A stretch of DNA of 46,152 nt from Deltaproteobacteria bacterium (GTDB taxonomy: Bacteria > Myxococcota_A > UBA9042 > DTJE01): contig JADHTP010000002.1 in assembly GCA_016784945.1 (NCBI GenBank), positions 1-46,152 on the forward strand, written 5' to 3'. Shown here one piece after another: positions 34,901-43,806 of this stretch. The stretch's first letter is position 1, and each line of letters begins with the position of its first letter. Below the pieces are notes generated by a model. That model was not told the origin of the DNA and did not search any database. It worked only from the letters and a program-made list of their open reading frames with translations. A program made the position numbers and the translations under genes.

Positions 34901-37900
34901 GGACGGTCAGGTCCGCCAGGAACGAGTGGACCACGTCGGCCTTGACCTCGATGCCTTCCACGAATGCGTAGGGCGAGGCCACGTTCAGCATGGCCGTGGT
35001 GCACCCCACGTTCTCGTCGATGGGCAAGTCGATGATGCCGGACGAGTTCATGTCGCAGTTCGGGGCAACGCAGGTGGGCGTACAGGTCCCGTTCGGGTAA
35101 CCGTCGATACCGTCCACGCAGGAGTCCTCGTAACCGCACATGCCGTCGCCCGCATCGAAGATATGGCCACCGCCGCAGGGACCGAGGCAGTGCTCCACCT
35201 GGATGTGCTCGCAAACCGCTGACTGGCAGATGTCGTCCCTGCAGGGGTCGCCGTCATCGTCGCAGGGGAATCCGTCGGGCTTGGGCACCTGGACGCAGTC
35301 GTAGCCGCCCCATCCGAGGTTCTGGCACAATCCGTTGTTGCAGATGTCGCCCACCTCGCCGGTGCAGTCCACGTTTTCCTTCTTTTCGCAGGCTCCGGTC
35401 TGACACCAGTCGGTGGTGCAGCCGAGACCGTCCAGTTCACAGGCCGTCTCGTCGGCCAGGTTCTGGCCCACGCAGGCATCGGCCGTATCGTCGCACACGC
35501 CTTCCTTGCAGTCTTCGTCGAGGGCGGTGCAGTCCCTGGCCGTGTCGCTCTTGCACACGCCGGTTTCACAGTAGTCGGACACGCTGCAATACAGCCCGTC
35601 TTCGCAGGGCAGGTAATTCATGGCGTCCTTCTGCACGCAAGCACCGGTCAGCGGGATGCACGAGTAGACCTGGCACTCCGGAAGCGGCGGATTGACGGCG
35701 TCGCAGTCCACTTCCGGTTCTTCGTTGTCGCACCAGCCCGCGCCCTCGTCGCAACCGAGGATGCCGTTGCACTTGTCACCGTCATCCACGCACTCGGCGT
35801 CGGAGGTGCAGGGGCAGATGTGGATGCTGCCCTGCACGCAGTTTCCGTTGGTGTTGCAGAAGTCGCCGTCCAGGCAGGGCTCGCCCGCATCGCAGGTGCA
35901 GGTCCCCGAGGCACAGTCGAATCCGGCCCCGAGGCCCGGGTCGACCCCGTCCTTCAGGACGATGGGCACGCAGCTGCTGATGTCGTTGTCGCACCAGCCC
36001 TTCACGCAGTTGCCATCGAGGTAGGTGCAGTCGCGGGCCGGGCCGCCGGTACACGCACCGGCCAGACACTCGTCGTCGGTGGTGCAATACAGGCCGTCGT
36101 CGCAGGCGGTTCCGTCGGGCTGGGGTGCGTCTTCACAGACACCCGAGGCCGGGTTGCACTGCTTGGCCTGACAGGGGTCGGCACTGGGCTCGCACTGCAT
36201 GGTGATGTGGTTGCAGGTCCCCACGTCACCGGCCACCTCGCACTCGTCCTGGGTGCACGGATTGCTGTCGTCGCAGTCCGCGTCGATATAACAGTCCGTT
36301 TTCAGGATGAACACGGAGAAGGCATCGACCGTGCCCGTTTCCGTAGCGATGAGGTCTTTGATGTTCAGCTTCCAGTCGCCGTCCACGGGAAGGGTGTTGA
36401 AATCCGCCAGGGATCCGGGACCGGCAACCATGTCGTAGTCGTAGACCTTGTAGAAGCCGTTGTCCGCGCCACCGCTGAGGTGGTGCAGTTTCACACAGGT
36501 GCTTCCGTTGCAGAGTTCAGCGGACAGGTCACCGATGTGGGGATGGTCCGTGACCACCTTGGTCCACAACTGCCTTACAACGCCGTCCACGCCGGAGATG
36601 GTCCGGATTGACGTGGAAACGCCCGATCCGTCGGGGATGGCAACGGGCAGACCACTGGACAGGTGGTAGGTGCCGCAGTCCGCGCCGTAGATGTCCGTGT
36701 CACAGATGAGGTGACAGGTGCAGGGCGGGGTGCTGCAGACCGCACTGTCGGAGTCGCTCAGGCACACCTCGTCCCCGGGGCAGTCGGAATGCATGGTGCA
36801 GCCGCAACCGGCGCCGGGCAGAGGCGTATGCGAACAGTCACCCGTCAAGGGATCGCAGGCGTCCAGGGTGCATGTATTGCCATCGTCGCAGTCGGTGTTG
36901 GTCCACTGGCAGAACAAGTCGATGCACTCGTCGACGGTGCACTCGTTGCTGTCACCGCAGTCGGCTTCCACCGTGGCCGGGGTGCACTCCGGTGCCTCGT
37001 AGGAGGCGTACAGTTTCCAGTCCTCGACTATACCGTTGAAGATCAGTGGGTTGGTGTCCTCCGCAATGAGCTTCCAGGGACCGGACAGAACCTTGCCGTC
37101 GAAGGTTTCCATGAGATCGCATGGCGGCGCGTCGCAGTCCAGGGGAACACCGATGTCGTAGGTTTCGTAGATGTTTCGATCCGAGTCCGCCAGGTTGGCC
37201 TTGCGCAACTGCACCGTGGTGCCGTCGGGGGCCTGCAGGCTCAGCTTGATGTCACCACGATAGAAGTGGGTGACCTTCACCTTGACCTGGAGGTCGCGGA
37301 TCCAGCCGGGCTGGATGGACGTGGCCGTCACGTCAACGATCTTGGGATGGGCGCCGAAGTTACGAGGCGTCTGTCCCGAGTCAGCCACAGCCAGGAAGGT
37401 GCCGCCGGGCATGCACGGGGCCATCAGGCCGCCTTCGTCGCGGCACTGGATGTTGACGCAATAACCCTTTTCCACCCAGCAGGCCTGATCGGTGCCGCAG
37501 GACGGCGAACCGTCTTCCTGGATCTCGTCGTTCTTGCAGGGGACGCAGTCCGGGATGGGCAGGTTGAGGCAAGTGCCGTCGGGCTGGCACGAATCCGTGG
37601 TGCAGACCTCGTAGTCGTCGCATTCCTCGTACTCGGTGCAGGGTGGGTAGCCGTTCTCGAAGAAGAACAGGATCTTGCCCATGAGTTCGTCCGTTGTGCC
37701 CGTGCCCTTGTTCTGAAGGCCGCCGAACAGCGAGGAGGCCCCGATGGTGCGGTAAAGGTTGCCGCAGCTGCAGTCCTGGTAATCGCAGAGGCCGTCGTTA
37801 CTGGGGTCCTCGTCGGGGAGGTCGCAGACCCGGTCTTCATCCAGGTCCCAGCAGGTGGAGGAGGGACCGCAGTTTTCGTAGCTCACGGCCGTGGCGTGGG

Positions 37901-40900
37901 AATAGGAACCGCCGTTGTACTGCACATCGCGGCCGCCTTCGCCCGGGGTGTGCTTGATGCGGTCGATCCAGGAATTGACCAACGGGCTCTGGCTATAGTT
38001 GAAATCGAGTCCGTGCCAGAAGCCCTTGCCTTCCAGGGGCCCGTCCAGCTTGGACGCGCCGTCGGAAATGCCGTCGGTCTTGAAGTAGTTCTGGGTGTGC
38101 AGGATGGTGGTCGGCTGGCTGGGCCCGACCTTCCAGAACTCGCCGCCTTCGAGGAACATGCGACCGCCGTTGAACTCGCCGGGGTTCTCCGGGTCGGGAA
38201 TGATCCCGATGTCGAGGTAGTTCTTGATGGCGGTGGCCTCGGAGGTCGTCACCAGGTGATACCGGCCATAGATACCCAGCACCGCGAAGATGCCGTCGTA
38301 CTGGGTGAGGTCCGAAATGAGATCCAGTTTCGTAATGATCTGGGCCTTGCGGCCGGCATCGATCAGGGCGGCCTTGATCTTGTTGGCCGACAGATCCAGG
38401 AGGCCTAGCGGGGACCAGACCAGGTAGCCGTCCGACAGCAGGACGCTGATGGTGGCCTTGTTAAGCGACTGGAACGGGCTGTGCTTGGGTTTTTCCGGAT
38501 CCGAGTTCCACTCGTCCTGACCCAGCACGCCGATGCGGTAGATGCCATGGTTGGACTCCAGGCCCTGCGGGTCCACGTCGATGACGCAGAAATAGTCGGC
38601 CACACCCTGGCCGCACATGGCGTTCACACCGGCCGTGATGGTGTAGCAGGAATGGCCGAATCCCGACATGTTAGCGGGGATGATGAAGCCCGGAGTGTCC
38701 AGGGGGCTGGACTCGAGGTACGAGTGGGGCCGGCCCCAGAAATTGTAGACCGCGTCGTTGGTGTCCGGGTCCTCGTAGCACAGGATGTAACGGTAATGCT
38801 CGTTGACCACCATGGTGAGGCTCGGGATCTCGGTGGTGCTTTCCTCCACCAGGACGGCGCTGGTCACCACGTTGCACTCGGGCGTTTCGCACTGGTAGAG
38901 CTTGGCCAGTTTCAGGAAGTTGGACACGCCTTCCGCCAGGACCACGTCGTCGAACTGCCACGAGTCCATGTTGAAGGTGGTCTGGGTTTCGATCATGAGG
39001 CCGATCTGCAGGGTTTCGGAGAATTCCAGGGAGTCGTCCAGGGCGTAGGAATAGAGGTCGTATTCCAGGTCGTCGGTCAGCGTTTCCTCCCAGATCACGA
39101 TGCCGTTTTCGTAGTCACCGTCGGCGCTGGCGAGGACCCGCAGGGTGACGGGTTCGCCCGGCTGGGAATGCTTGTAGGACATGCGCCACTGAAGAGTGAC
39201 CGCCTGTTCGGGGTTGAATCCGCTGGTGGCCGCCGCGGAGGCATCAATGATCGGGGTAACCGCCACGGACTTCACCAGGAAGGTGGTGGGGTTCCACTGG
39301 AACAGGATGTTCTCGTCCGGGCCCAGTTCGCCGCCGGTGCCGAAGATCCAGTGCGCCAGCGAGTTGGTGCCGTAGTCGGTGATCTTCCAGCCCACTTCCT
39401 GGAAGCTGGCGCTGCCGTCGAAGTGTTCGATGTAGGGCAGCGTCTGGGAACAGAGGGCCTGGTAGAAGTGCTGGCATTCCTTGGTGCCCAGGGCCGGGTT
39501 GAAGACGCACTTCTCGATGGTGCAGGGGTTGTTGTCGTTGGCAATGAGTACGCAGTGGGCGTCGTCGACGCAGCACCCCTGGGCATTAAAGACGTTGCGG
39601 CAACTGTGGGTGACGCACATTTCCACCGTGCACGGGTCGTCATCATCACACATCACGTCCGGGTCGTGGAGAAGCGGGTCATAGCCCACGTCGCCGGGCA
39701 TGGCGCAACAGTCGGTTGTCAGGGAACTATCCGTTACGACGCAGTCCTTGTTGATGCACTTGTAGAAGGTGCAGGGTGCCGGTCCTTCAATTGGCACACA
39801 GTCGGAATCGTACAGGCAGCAGTCCTCGACCAGGGGGCCGGACTGGCACTCGTACTGGTTGGGATCGCCATCGGTGGTGAGACAGAAATCCGGGTCGGTG
39901 CACGGGTTCTTGTCATCGCACTGGGAATCGGCGTAGGCCTGCTTTTCGCCCTCGTCCGTCCAGGGGAGGCCGGTGACTGGATTGATGGTTTCAGGAGACC
40001 AGCAGCAACCGGGGACCACGTTGAAGGCCGAATGCCGGCAGGTGCCGAGGCCGCCGCCGGGGCCGATCAGGCAGTAGTCGTAGTTGCAGGGATTGGCATC
40101 CAGGCAGTCATCGTTGACTTCGCAGCAGTCATCGATTTCGGTGAAGACGCACTGATTGATGTCCGTGTCGCAGGTGTTGCTGGTGCAGGTATTTCCGTCA
40201 TCGCAGTCGGCGCCGCTCAGGCAGCAGTTGTCGATGAAGGGGTTCTTGCATTCGCCGGCTTCGCAGAGGTTCCAGGTGCAGAGGTTGCCGTCATCGCACG
40301 GGGCGAATTCCTGCTCCTCCCAGACGTCGGTGTTCTTGGCCCCGGGGGTTCCGAAATTGAACGCATTGTAGGCCGTGGTGGATACGCCGTAGTTCATGCC
40401 CGTCCAGGATGCCGGATCGTCGGGGTTGGGCGGCATCACCAGGTCCAGCGGCGGTTCGGCGGTTTCCAGGAAGGGGTGACGCAGGGCCACGGAATGGCCG
40501 TCCGGAGCGTTTCCGGTGAAGGCGATGACATCCACGATATTCACGGCCGGGTCCGGGTCGGGGGGCCACCCGGGTCCGGGATCCCCGTCGAAGAGGATGA
40601 TCTCGTCGCCCGAGTTGGTCAGCATGATGGACGACCAGTCGTAGTCGCAGGTAATGCCGCCGTTGACCAGGGGGTCGCCGTTACGGCACAGCACCACGTA
40701 TCCACCGGCCGGCACCACGAGGGGGCCGGGAGCGGGCAGCACGTTGTCGGGACTGATCTGGTGGTTGCCGGCGCCGTTCTCGGCCACGACCCAACCCGTG
40801 ATGTCCACGTCGGCGGCACCCGGGTTGTGGAGTTCAATCCACTCGCCGTTGCTGTCGCTGACCGTGTTGGGGTTGGCCATGAACTCCGTGATGACGATCT

Positions 40901-41177
40901 GCGACGTGGGAGGATCGCAGGGATCGCCTTCCAGGGGCGAGCTTTTCGTTGACAGGCCCCCGCCGGTCTCACCCATGGGCAAGTCGCCTTGAACCGGCAT
41001 GTCCATGGCGGGCCCCGGGTCGTCGATCGTATCGACTTGAGCCACATCACCCGGCCCGGGATCGGGGGCAAGGCCGGGGTCTTCCGGACCTCCCGAATCA
41101 CTCGAGCAACCGAGGGTGAGAAGGGCTCCCGTGAACATCGCCGCAACGAACGTCCGCCAGGTAGAATGGAGCTTCAT
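31983..41177 (-). CDS. Giant (3064 aa) Cys-rich surface lipoprotein with a lamin-tail domain (LTD), three proprotein-convertase P-domains, a PPC-like domain and repeated GHCxNGYCC Cys-knot-like modules
   Basis: I chose the ATG at 41177, which is preceded by AAGGAGG (the ORF track adds 19 codons). The lipobox is LLTLGC. The LTD is IVITEFMANPNTVSDSNGEWIELHNPGAADVDITGW. The P-domains are THFYRGDIKLSLQAPDGTTVQL...GPWKLIAED (about 37000-37330), DHPHIGDLSAELCNGSTCVKL...GDWKLNIKD (about 36290-36620) and VHSFLADLTVQVVDPQGYVHIM...GDWYIRVCD (about 34650-34990). The C terminus is DGLQNGTEAGVDCGPICGNVCP. Confidence 0.9.
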   Translation of the reverse strand: MKLHSTWRTFVAAMFTGALLTLGCSSDSGGPEDPGLAPDPGPGDVAQVDTIDDPGPAMDMPVQGDLPMGETGGGLSTKSSPLEGDPCDPPTSQIVITEFMANPNTVSDSNGEWIELHNPGAADVDITGWVVAENGAGNHQISPDNVLPAPGPLVVPAGGYVVLCRNGDPLVNGGITCDYDWSSIMLTNSGDEIILFDGDPGPGWPPDPDPAVNIVDVIAFTGNAPDGHSVALRHPFLETAEPPLDLVMPPNPDDPASWTGMNYGVSTTAYNAFNFGTPGAKNTDVWEEQEFAPCDDGNLCTWNLCEAGECKNPFIDNCCLSGADCDDGNTCTSNTCDTDINQCVFTEIDDCCEVNDDCLDANPCNYDYCLIGPGGGLGTCRHSAFNVVPGCCWSPETINPVTGLPWTDEGEKQAYADSQCDDKNPCTDPDFCLTTDGDPNQYECQSGPLVEDCCLYDSDCVPIEGPAPCTFYKCINKDCVVTDSSLTTDCCAMPGDVGYDPLLHDPDVMCDDDDPCTVEMCVTHSCRNVFNAQGCCVDDAHCVLIANDNNPCTIEKCVFNPALGTKECQHFYQALCSQTLPYIEHFDGSASFQEVGWKITDYGTNSLAHWIFGTGGELGPDENILFQWNPTTFLVKSVAVTPIIDASAAATSGFNPEQAVTLQWRMSYKHSQPGEPVTLRVLASADGDYENGIVIWEETLTDDLEYDLYSYALDDSLEFSETLQIGLMIETQTTFNMDSWQFDDVVLAEGVSNFLKLAKLYQCETPECNVVTSAVLVEESTTEIPSLTMVVNEHYRYILCYEDPDTNDAVYNFWGRPHSYLESSPLDTPGFIIPANMSGFGHSCYTITAGVNAMCGQGVADYFCVIDVDPQGLESNHGIYRIGVLGQDEWNSDPEKPKHSPFQSLNKATISVLLSDGYLVWSPLGLLDLSANKIKAALIDAGRKAQIITKLDLISDLTQYDGIFAVLGIYGRYHLVTTSEATAIKNYLDIGIIPDPENPGEFNGGRMFLEGGEFWKVGPSQPTTILHTQNYFKTDGISDGASKLDGPLEGKGFWHGLDFNYSQSPLVNSWIDRIKHTPGEGGRDVQYNGGSYSHATAVSYENCGPSSTCWDLDEDRVCDLPDEDPSNDGLCDYQDCSCGNLYRTIGASSLFGGLQNKGTGTTDELMGKILFFFENGYPPCTEYEECDDYEVCTTDSCQPDGTCLNLPIPDCVPCKNDEIQEDGSPSCGTDQACWVEKGYCVNIQCRDEGGLMAPCMPGGTFLAVADSGQTPRNFGAHPKIVDVTATSIQPGWIRDLQVKVKVTHFYRGDIKLSLQAPDGTTVQLRKANLADSDRNIYETYDIGVPLDCDAPPCDLMETFDGKVLSGPWKLIAEDTNPLIFNGIVEDWKLYASYEAPECTPATVEADCGDSNECTVDECIDLFCQWTNTDCDDGNTCTLDACDPLTGDCSHTPLPGAGCGCTMHSDCPGDEVCLSDSDSAVCSTPPCTCHLICDTDIYGADCGTYHLSSGLPVAIPDGSGVSTSIRTISGVDGVVRQLWTKVVTDHPHIGDLSAELCNGSTCVKLHHLSGGADNGFYKVYDYDMVAGPGSLADFNTLPVDGDWKLNIKDLIATETGTVDAFSVFILKTDCYIDADCDDSNPCTQDECEVAGDVGTCNHITMQCEPSADPCQAKQCNPASGVCEDAPQPDGTACDDGLYCTTDDECLAGACTGGPARDCTYLDGNCVKGWCDNDISSCVPIVLKDGVDPGLGAGFDCASGTCTCDAGEPCLDGDFCNTNGNCVQGSIHICPCTSDAECVDDGDKCNGILGCDEGAGWCDNEEPEVDCDAVNPPLPECQVYSCIPLTGACVQKDAMNYLPCEDGLYCSVSDYCETGVCKSDTARDCTALDEDCKEGVCDDTADACVGQNLADETACELDGLGCTTDWCQTGACEKKENVDCTGEVGDICNNGLCQNLGWGGYDCVQVPKPDGFPCDDDGDPCRDDICQSAVCEHIQVEHCLGPCGGGHIFDAGDGMCGYEDSCVDGIDGYPNGTCTPTCVAPNCDMNSSGIIDLPIDENVGCTTAMLNVASPYAFVEGIEVKADVVHSFLADLTVQVVDPQGYVHIMWDHIGGSNDNFHNTFDLSLPVPYPGILTSGLPLCSLKGEDAAGDWYIRVCDTGSGNGGYLHEWKVYVKGSDDPNLNLGHRWEDAIDLGNLDIDPATQFAGTTECSVNSTSSNCGGGSGHDRLYKFEITVPKRATLVLQQGFGQDMIAFIKSEACMQTGTCVPGTDELCANIFPAGVDNEVIDNQLQPGVYYVGVDTNGGAYDYGAYQFDLRLKALLPDGDYCIDTVPLSPPACVDVGDCPVLLPPYTPYSDCLGGLCRKSEDLDCLSGHCRNGYCCDPGPSGLNDCCPSGAWTNWGTDDDPDAIKSEADWVSAQAVCPAPYRGPQVCDADAPVGEFLNDCQGHRDDANCINHICNKIQVHDDTACDNSVEANTCELFVSTFCGDYGPLVPGAQWEPACLTVCTNDFDCDNGSHCDPDGFPTQPDANYPDSKICIPDWADGSECNETSDCISGHCQNGYCCLAGDCCPTNDEPGALECPVSYTVTPACNDTAGCEGERKDPVCVDYQCGQVLAEDDCACDGSLSDNCGLFIPVFCPAAPNPPDPDAPVGSCTQEPYPVAGPGQNVWQATDPECMTSCLDGGVENDALCDDIAHCDPCISDNSGCSQADVDAGEVKCQADLPYGYPCNEDSDCKNFSDDELDGHCQNGYCCLTGDCCAINLGPDTANPDVCPTKASQTGYWAPSVCDDASECRGHRVDANCTAGFTCGSEDVDDDTGCVASLVSDQCGYFLSVYCDGTADQIDPPCPAYCEQDTECDPNAHCDPPAPVGCTLECADPPCPPGMELCPYDADNHPPAEDDPASHTMICQPDLPNDWACNEATDCMGVTSTCQMHFCCDVGGCCKGCRVTGYTSTLGGGGSSDLEQGGPGCLGNPADPCYVQSIWGQMNVGSGRAQGAANTADLGVLPNAGSPLGGPPNSQNDSAWDCIQGHHGVDCEFSCSDGLQNGTEAGVDCGPICGNVCP
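32290..34090 (-). repeat. About 3.5 tandem modules of about 187 aa (553-567 bp) within the giant gene, each centred on C(L/I)SGHCxNGYCC
   Basis: Near-identical 27-30-mers of the form GCAGCAGTAGCCGTT(C/T)TGGCAGTGGCC occur at 32919 and 33486, with a related copy at 34039. A degenerate fourth motif (TSTCQMHFCC) lies near 32350-32390. Confidence 0.6.
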
Positions 41178-41441
41178 GGTGCCTCCTTGACCGGTGGTGA
41201 CACTATCGTACGCAAAAAATTCATACCCCTGCATCAGGGCAGTCCCCTAGCCACCAGCAAAAACCTTGCTCTTGCAAGTGGTTATGTACTATCGCGACTT
41301 CGACCAACCAAGAATACAAAGCCGCAGGACATTAGTCCAGCAGCTTTTGTGCCAACCGGTCGATACATGACCCTGACCTTTGCCTTGTGCCGGCGGGCCC
41401 AAGGTGGGGTAATATGTTTCCGGCCTACGAGGAGAATCGGG

Positions 41442-41897
41442 ATGACTGGAGCGCGAGGGACCACGACCAGAGGATTGGCGCTGCTTTTGGCGCTGGGGCT
41501 GCTCACGACCATGGGCGCGGCCTGCAAGTCGAGGCGCATGGCGCCCCCTACATCGACCGCGGGCCAGACCGCCGCGCCGGCCGCCCAGCCGAAGGCCCCC
41601 GAACCCGCGAAGCCGGCCACGGTATCGGCGGCGGCACCGGGTGAAGAGTCCGCGGCAGCCACGGACCAGCCCGCCGGTGAACCGGCCGAGGACGAGCCTG
41701 ACCGGGATCGGCTCTGGCAGTGTTACCAGGAGGTATACTGCGCACAGAAGAAGGGGCAGATGGACCAAATCCTGCCCCTCTACAAGAAGTATGGCTTCGA
41801 AACCCCGCAGGAATTCACCCGGGTCTGGATCGAGGCGGCAAAGGACACGGACTGGGTGACGAAGCTGGCCCACGACGTGTCGAAGAAGTGCCGGTGA
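41442..41897 (+). CDS. Small lipoprotein of unknown function
   Basis: The ATG at 41442 is preceded by GGAG. The signal/lipobox is LALLLALGLLTTMGAAC. An Ala/Pro-rich linker is followed by a helical C-terminal domain (DRLWQCYQEVYCAQKKGQMDQILPLYKKYGFETPQEF). Confidence 0.65.
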   Translation: MTGARGTTTRGLALLLALGLLTTMGAACKSRRMAPPTSTAGQTAAPAAQPKAPEPAKPATVSAAAPGEESAAATDQPAGEPAEDEPDRDRLWQCYQEVYCAQKKGQMDQILPLYKKYGFETPQEFTRVWIEAAKDTDWVTKLAHDVSKKCR

Positions 41898-41958
41898 CAC
41901 GGACATGGGCTGCCGCGTCACCGGGCGTGGTTTGGAACCGACTCGCCACGCTCGCAGC

Positions 41959-42795
41959 TCAACTCCGCCCCTGGGGACCGCGCTTCCGGCTATCTTCCTT
42001 GAGGGGCGCCACGAACAGCTTGCCACTCAATTCGTTCCTGCCGATATAGACGTCGCTGCCGAATACCTCGCGGACCACCGGATAGAGCATCACGGATTCG
42101 GGGTCGCCCGAAGCCACCACCCGCCCCTCTTTCAACAGGATCAGGCGGTCGCAGAACAGGAGGGCCAGGTTCAGGTCGTGGATGGCCGCCATGACCGCCA
42201 GCCCTTCCTGGCGGGCCAGCCGCGACAACCTGTCCAAAAGCGAGACACCGTGGGCGATATCCAGGTTGGCGGAGGGTTCGTCCAGGAGCAGCAGGCGTGG
42301 TTCCTGCGCCAGCGCCCGGGCCACCAGGACCCGTTTCTGCTCGCCGGCGGAGATCCCGGGGAAGGGGCGGGAGGCCAGGTGGTATGAATCCACCATTTCC
42401 AGGGCATGTCGCACCGCCCGTCGATCCCCGCGGGACTCGAAGAATCCCCGGATGTGGGGGATACGGCCCAGGTTCACCAGGTCCCTGACGGTCATGGGGA
42501 AGCCCACGTGCAGGGACACGGGGACGTAGGCGACGTGGCTTGCCGTGTCCTTCCTGTGGCCCGAGGTGGGATCCCGGGCCAGCACCCGGACCCTGCCCCC
42601 GGTGGGAGCCAGCAGTCCGGCGGCCAGCCTCAGCAGGGTGGTCTTGCCGGCCCCGTTGGGCCCGATAACGCCCACCATCTCGCCGCCGCCGCACTGGAGA
42701 TCCAGGCCCTCCAGGGCATTGGACTCCGCATCGGGGTAACCGAAGGTCACCCCTTTCATTACCAGGATCGCTTCGGGCTGGTGGTTCGATGTCAT
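41959..42795 (-). CDS. ABC transporter ATP-binding protein (FecE/BtuD-type iron-siderophore or cobalamin importer)
   Basis: Walker A is GPNGAGKTT, the signature is ISAGEQKRV and Walker B is LLLLDEP. The ATG at 42795 overlaps the permease stop (ATGA). The ORF track's upstream extension is an overlap artefact. Confidence 0.93.
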   Translation of the reverse strand: MTSNHQPEAILVMKGVTFGYPDAESNALEGLDLQCGGGEMVGVIGPNGAGKTTLLRLAAGLLAPTGGRVRVLARDPTSGHRKDTASHVAYVPVSLHVGFPMTVRDLVNLGRIPHIRGFFESRGDRRAVRHALEMVDSYHLASRPFPGISAGEQKRVLVARALAQEPRLLLLDEPSANLDIAHGVSLLDRLSRLARQEGLAVMAAIHDLNLALLFCDRLILLKEGRVVASGDPESVMLYPVVREVFGSDVYIGRNELSGKLFVAPLKEDSRKRGPQGRS

Positions 42796-43805
42796 CCCAT
42801 CCGCCTCCCACCGCGCTTGAGCAGGTAGACGAAGAGAGGCCCGCCGATGAGGGCCGTGAGGACGCCCACGGGCGCTTCGGTTTCGAACACCGGGAAAAGG
42901 ACCCGGGTGGCCAGGTCCGCCAGAACGAGGAAAGTGGCGCCCAGAAGGGCGCAGGCCGGCAGGGTCACGCGATGGTCCGAACCGGTCAGGGCCCTTACAG
43001 CGTGGGGCACGATGAGGCCTACGAACCCGATGAGACCGGCCACGGAAACGGCGGCCGCCACCAGGAGCGACCCGGCCACGAACACCACCCGTGTGGTCTT
43101 GCCGGGATCCACCCCCACGGAGGCGGCGTCCTCCTCGCCCAGAGACAGGGCGTTCAGGGCCGGCGTCACGGAGTAGAGGACGGCCAGGGCCACGGCGGCT
43201 ATCCCCGATGTGACCAGGATGGCGTCCCATCCCCGGACGTCGGAGGACAGGGTGCCCATCAACCACAGGAGCATCTCCTGAGCCTTTTCCGCCCGGACCA
43301 CGGCCTTCAGGAACATGATGATGGCCGACGCGAAGGCGTTGAAAACCACGCCGATGAGCAGCACTTCGTAGGTGTTGATCCGGCCCACCCGGTCCCTGGA
43401 GAGACGATAGGTCAGGGCGATGGCGCCCAGGGCGAACACGAAAGAGGACAACGAGACGCCCACGTGGCCCGCGAAAACAGCCACGGGCAGGAGGATGGCC
43501 AGTGTCCCGCCGATGGCGGCGCCTCCCGCCACGCCGATGATGAAGGGATCGGCCAGGGGATTGGCCAGGATGGCCTGGAAGACCAGGCCAGCCGACGAGA
43601 GGGACGCCCCTACCAGGGCTGCCAGCACGGTCCGAGGCAGCCTTTCGTGGACGATGACCAGGTAGTCGCTGCTGGACGGTTCCAGGAAGGCCGCCGCCAG
43701 GTCCAGCGGGGTGGCGCCGAAGGACAGGGACAGGAGCGCGGCTCCGAGGAACGAGATCCCGAGCGCGATAAAGAAGACGAGCTTGTCGCGACCCCGTTTC
43801 TTCAT
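42792..43805 (-). CDS. FecCD/BtuC-family ABC permease
   Basis: The 337-aa protein is polytopic. Matching blocks are GLIGFVGLIVPHAVRALTGSDHRVTLPACALLGATFLVLADLATR and PVGVLTALIGGPLFVYLL. Confidence 0.93.
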   Translation of the reverse strand: MKKRGRDKLVFFIALGISFLGAALLSLSFGATPLDLAAAFLEPSSSDYLVIVHERLPRTVLAALVGASLSSAGLVFQAILANPLADPFIIGVAGGAAIGGTLAILLPVAVFAGHVGVSLSSFVFALGAIALTYRLSRDRVGRINTYEVLLIGVVFNAFASAIIMFLKAVVRAEKAQEMLLWLMGTLSSDVRGWDAILVTSGIAAVALAVLYSVTPALNALSLGEEDAASVGVDPGKTTRVVFVAGSLLVAAAVSVAGLIGFVGLIVPHAVRALTGSDHRVTLPACALLGATFLVLADLATRVLFPVFETEAPVGVLTALIGGPLFVYLLKRGGRRMG

Positions 43806-43806
43806 G

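Noticed and set aside
36663-40952. Long plus-strand ORFs of 581 aa and 823 aa opposite the giant lipoprotein gene
   Set aside because: These have the same high-GC antisense artefact. They have no start context and no domain-like sequence, and they lie entirely within a strongly supported minus-strand CDS.
41178-41234. A 19-codon N-terminal extension of the giant lipoprotein ORF
   Set aside because: The internal ATG at 41177 has a perfect AAGGAGG 5 nt upstream and begins a canonical lipoprotein signal peptide, which the extension would bury.
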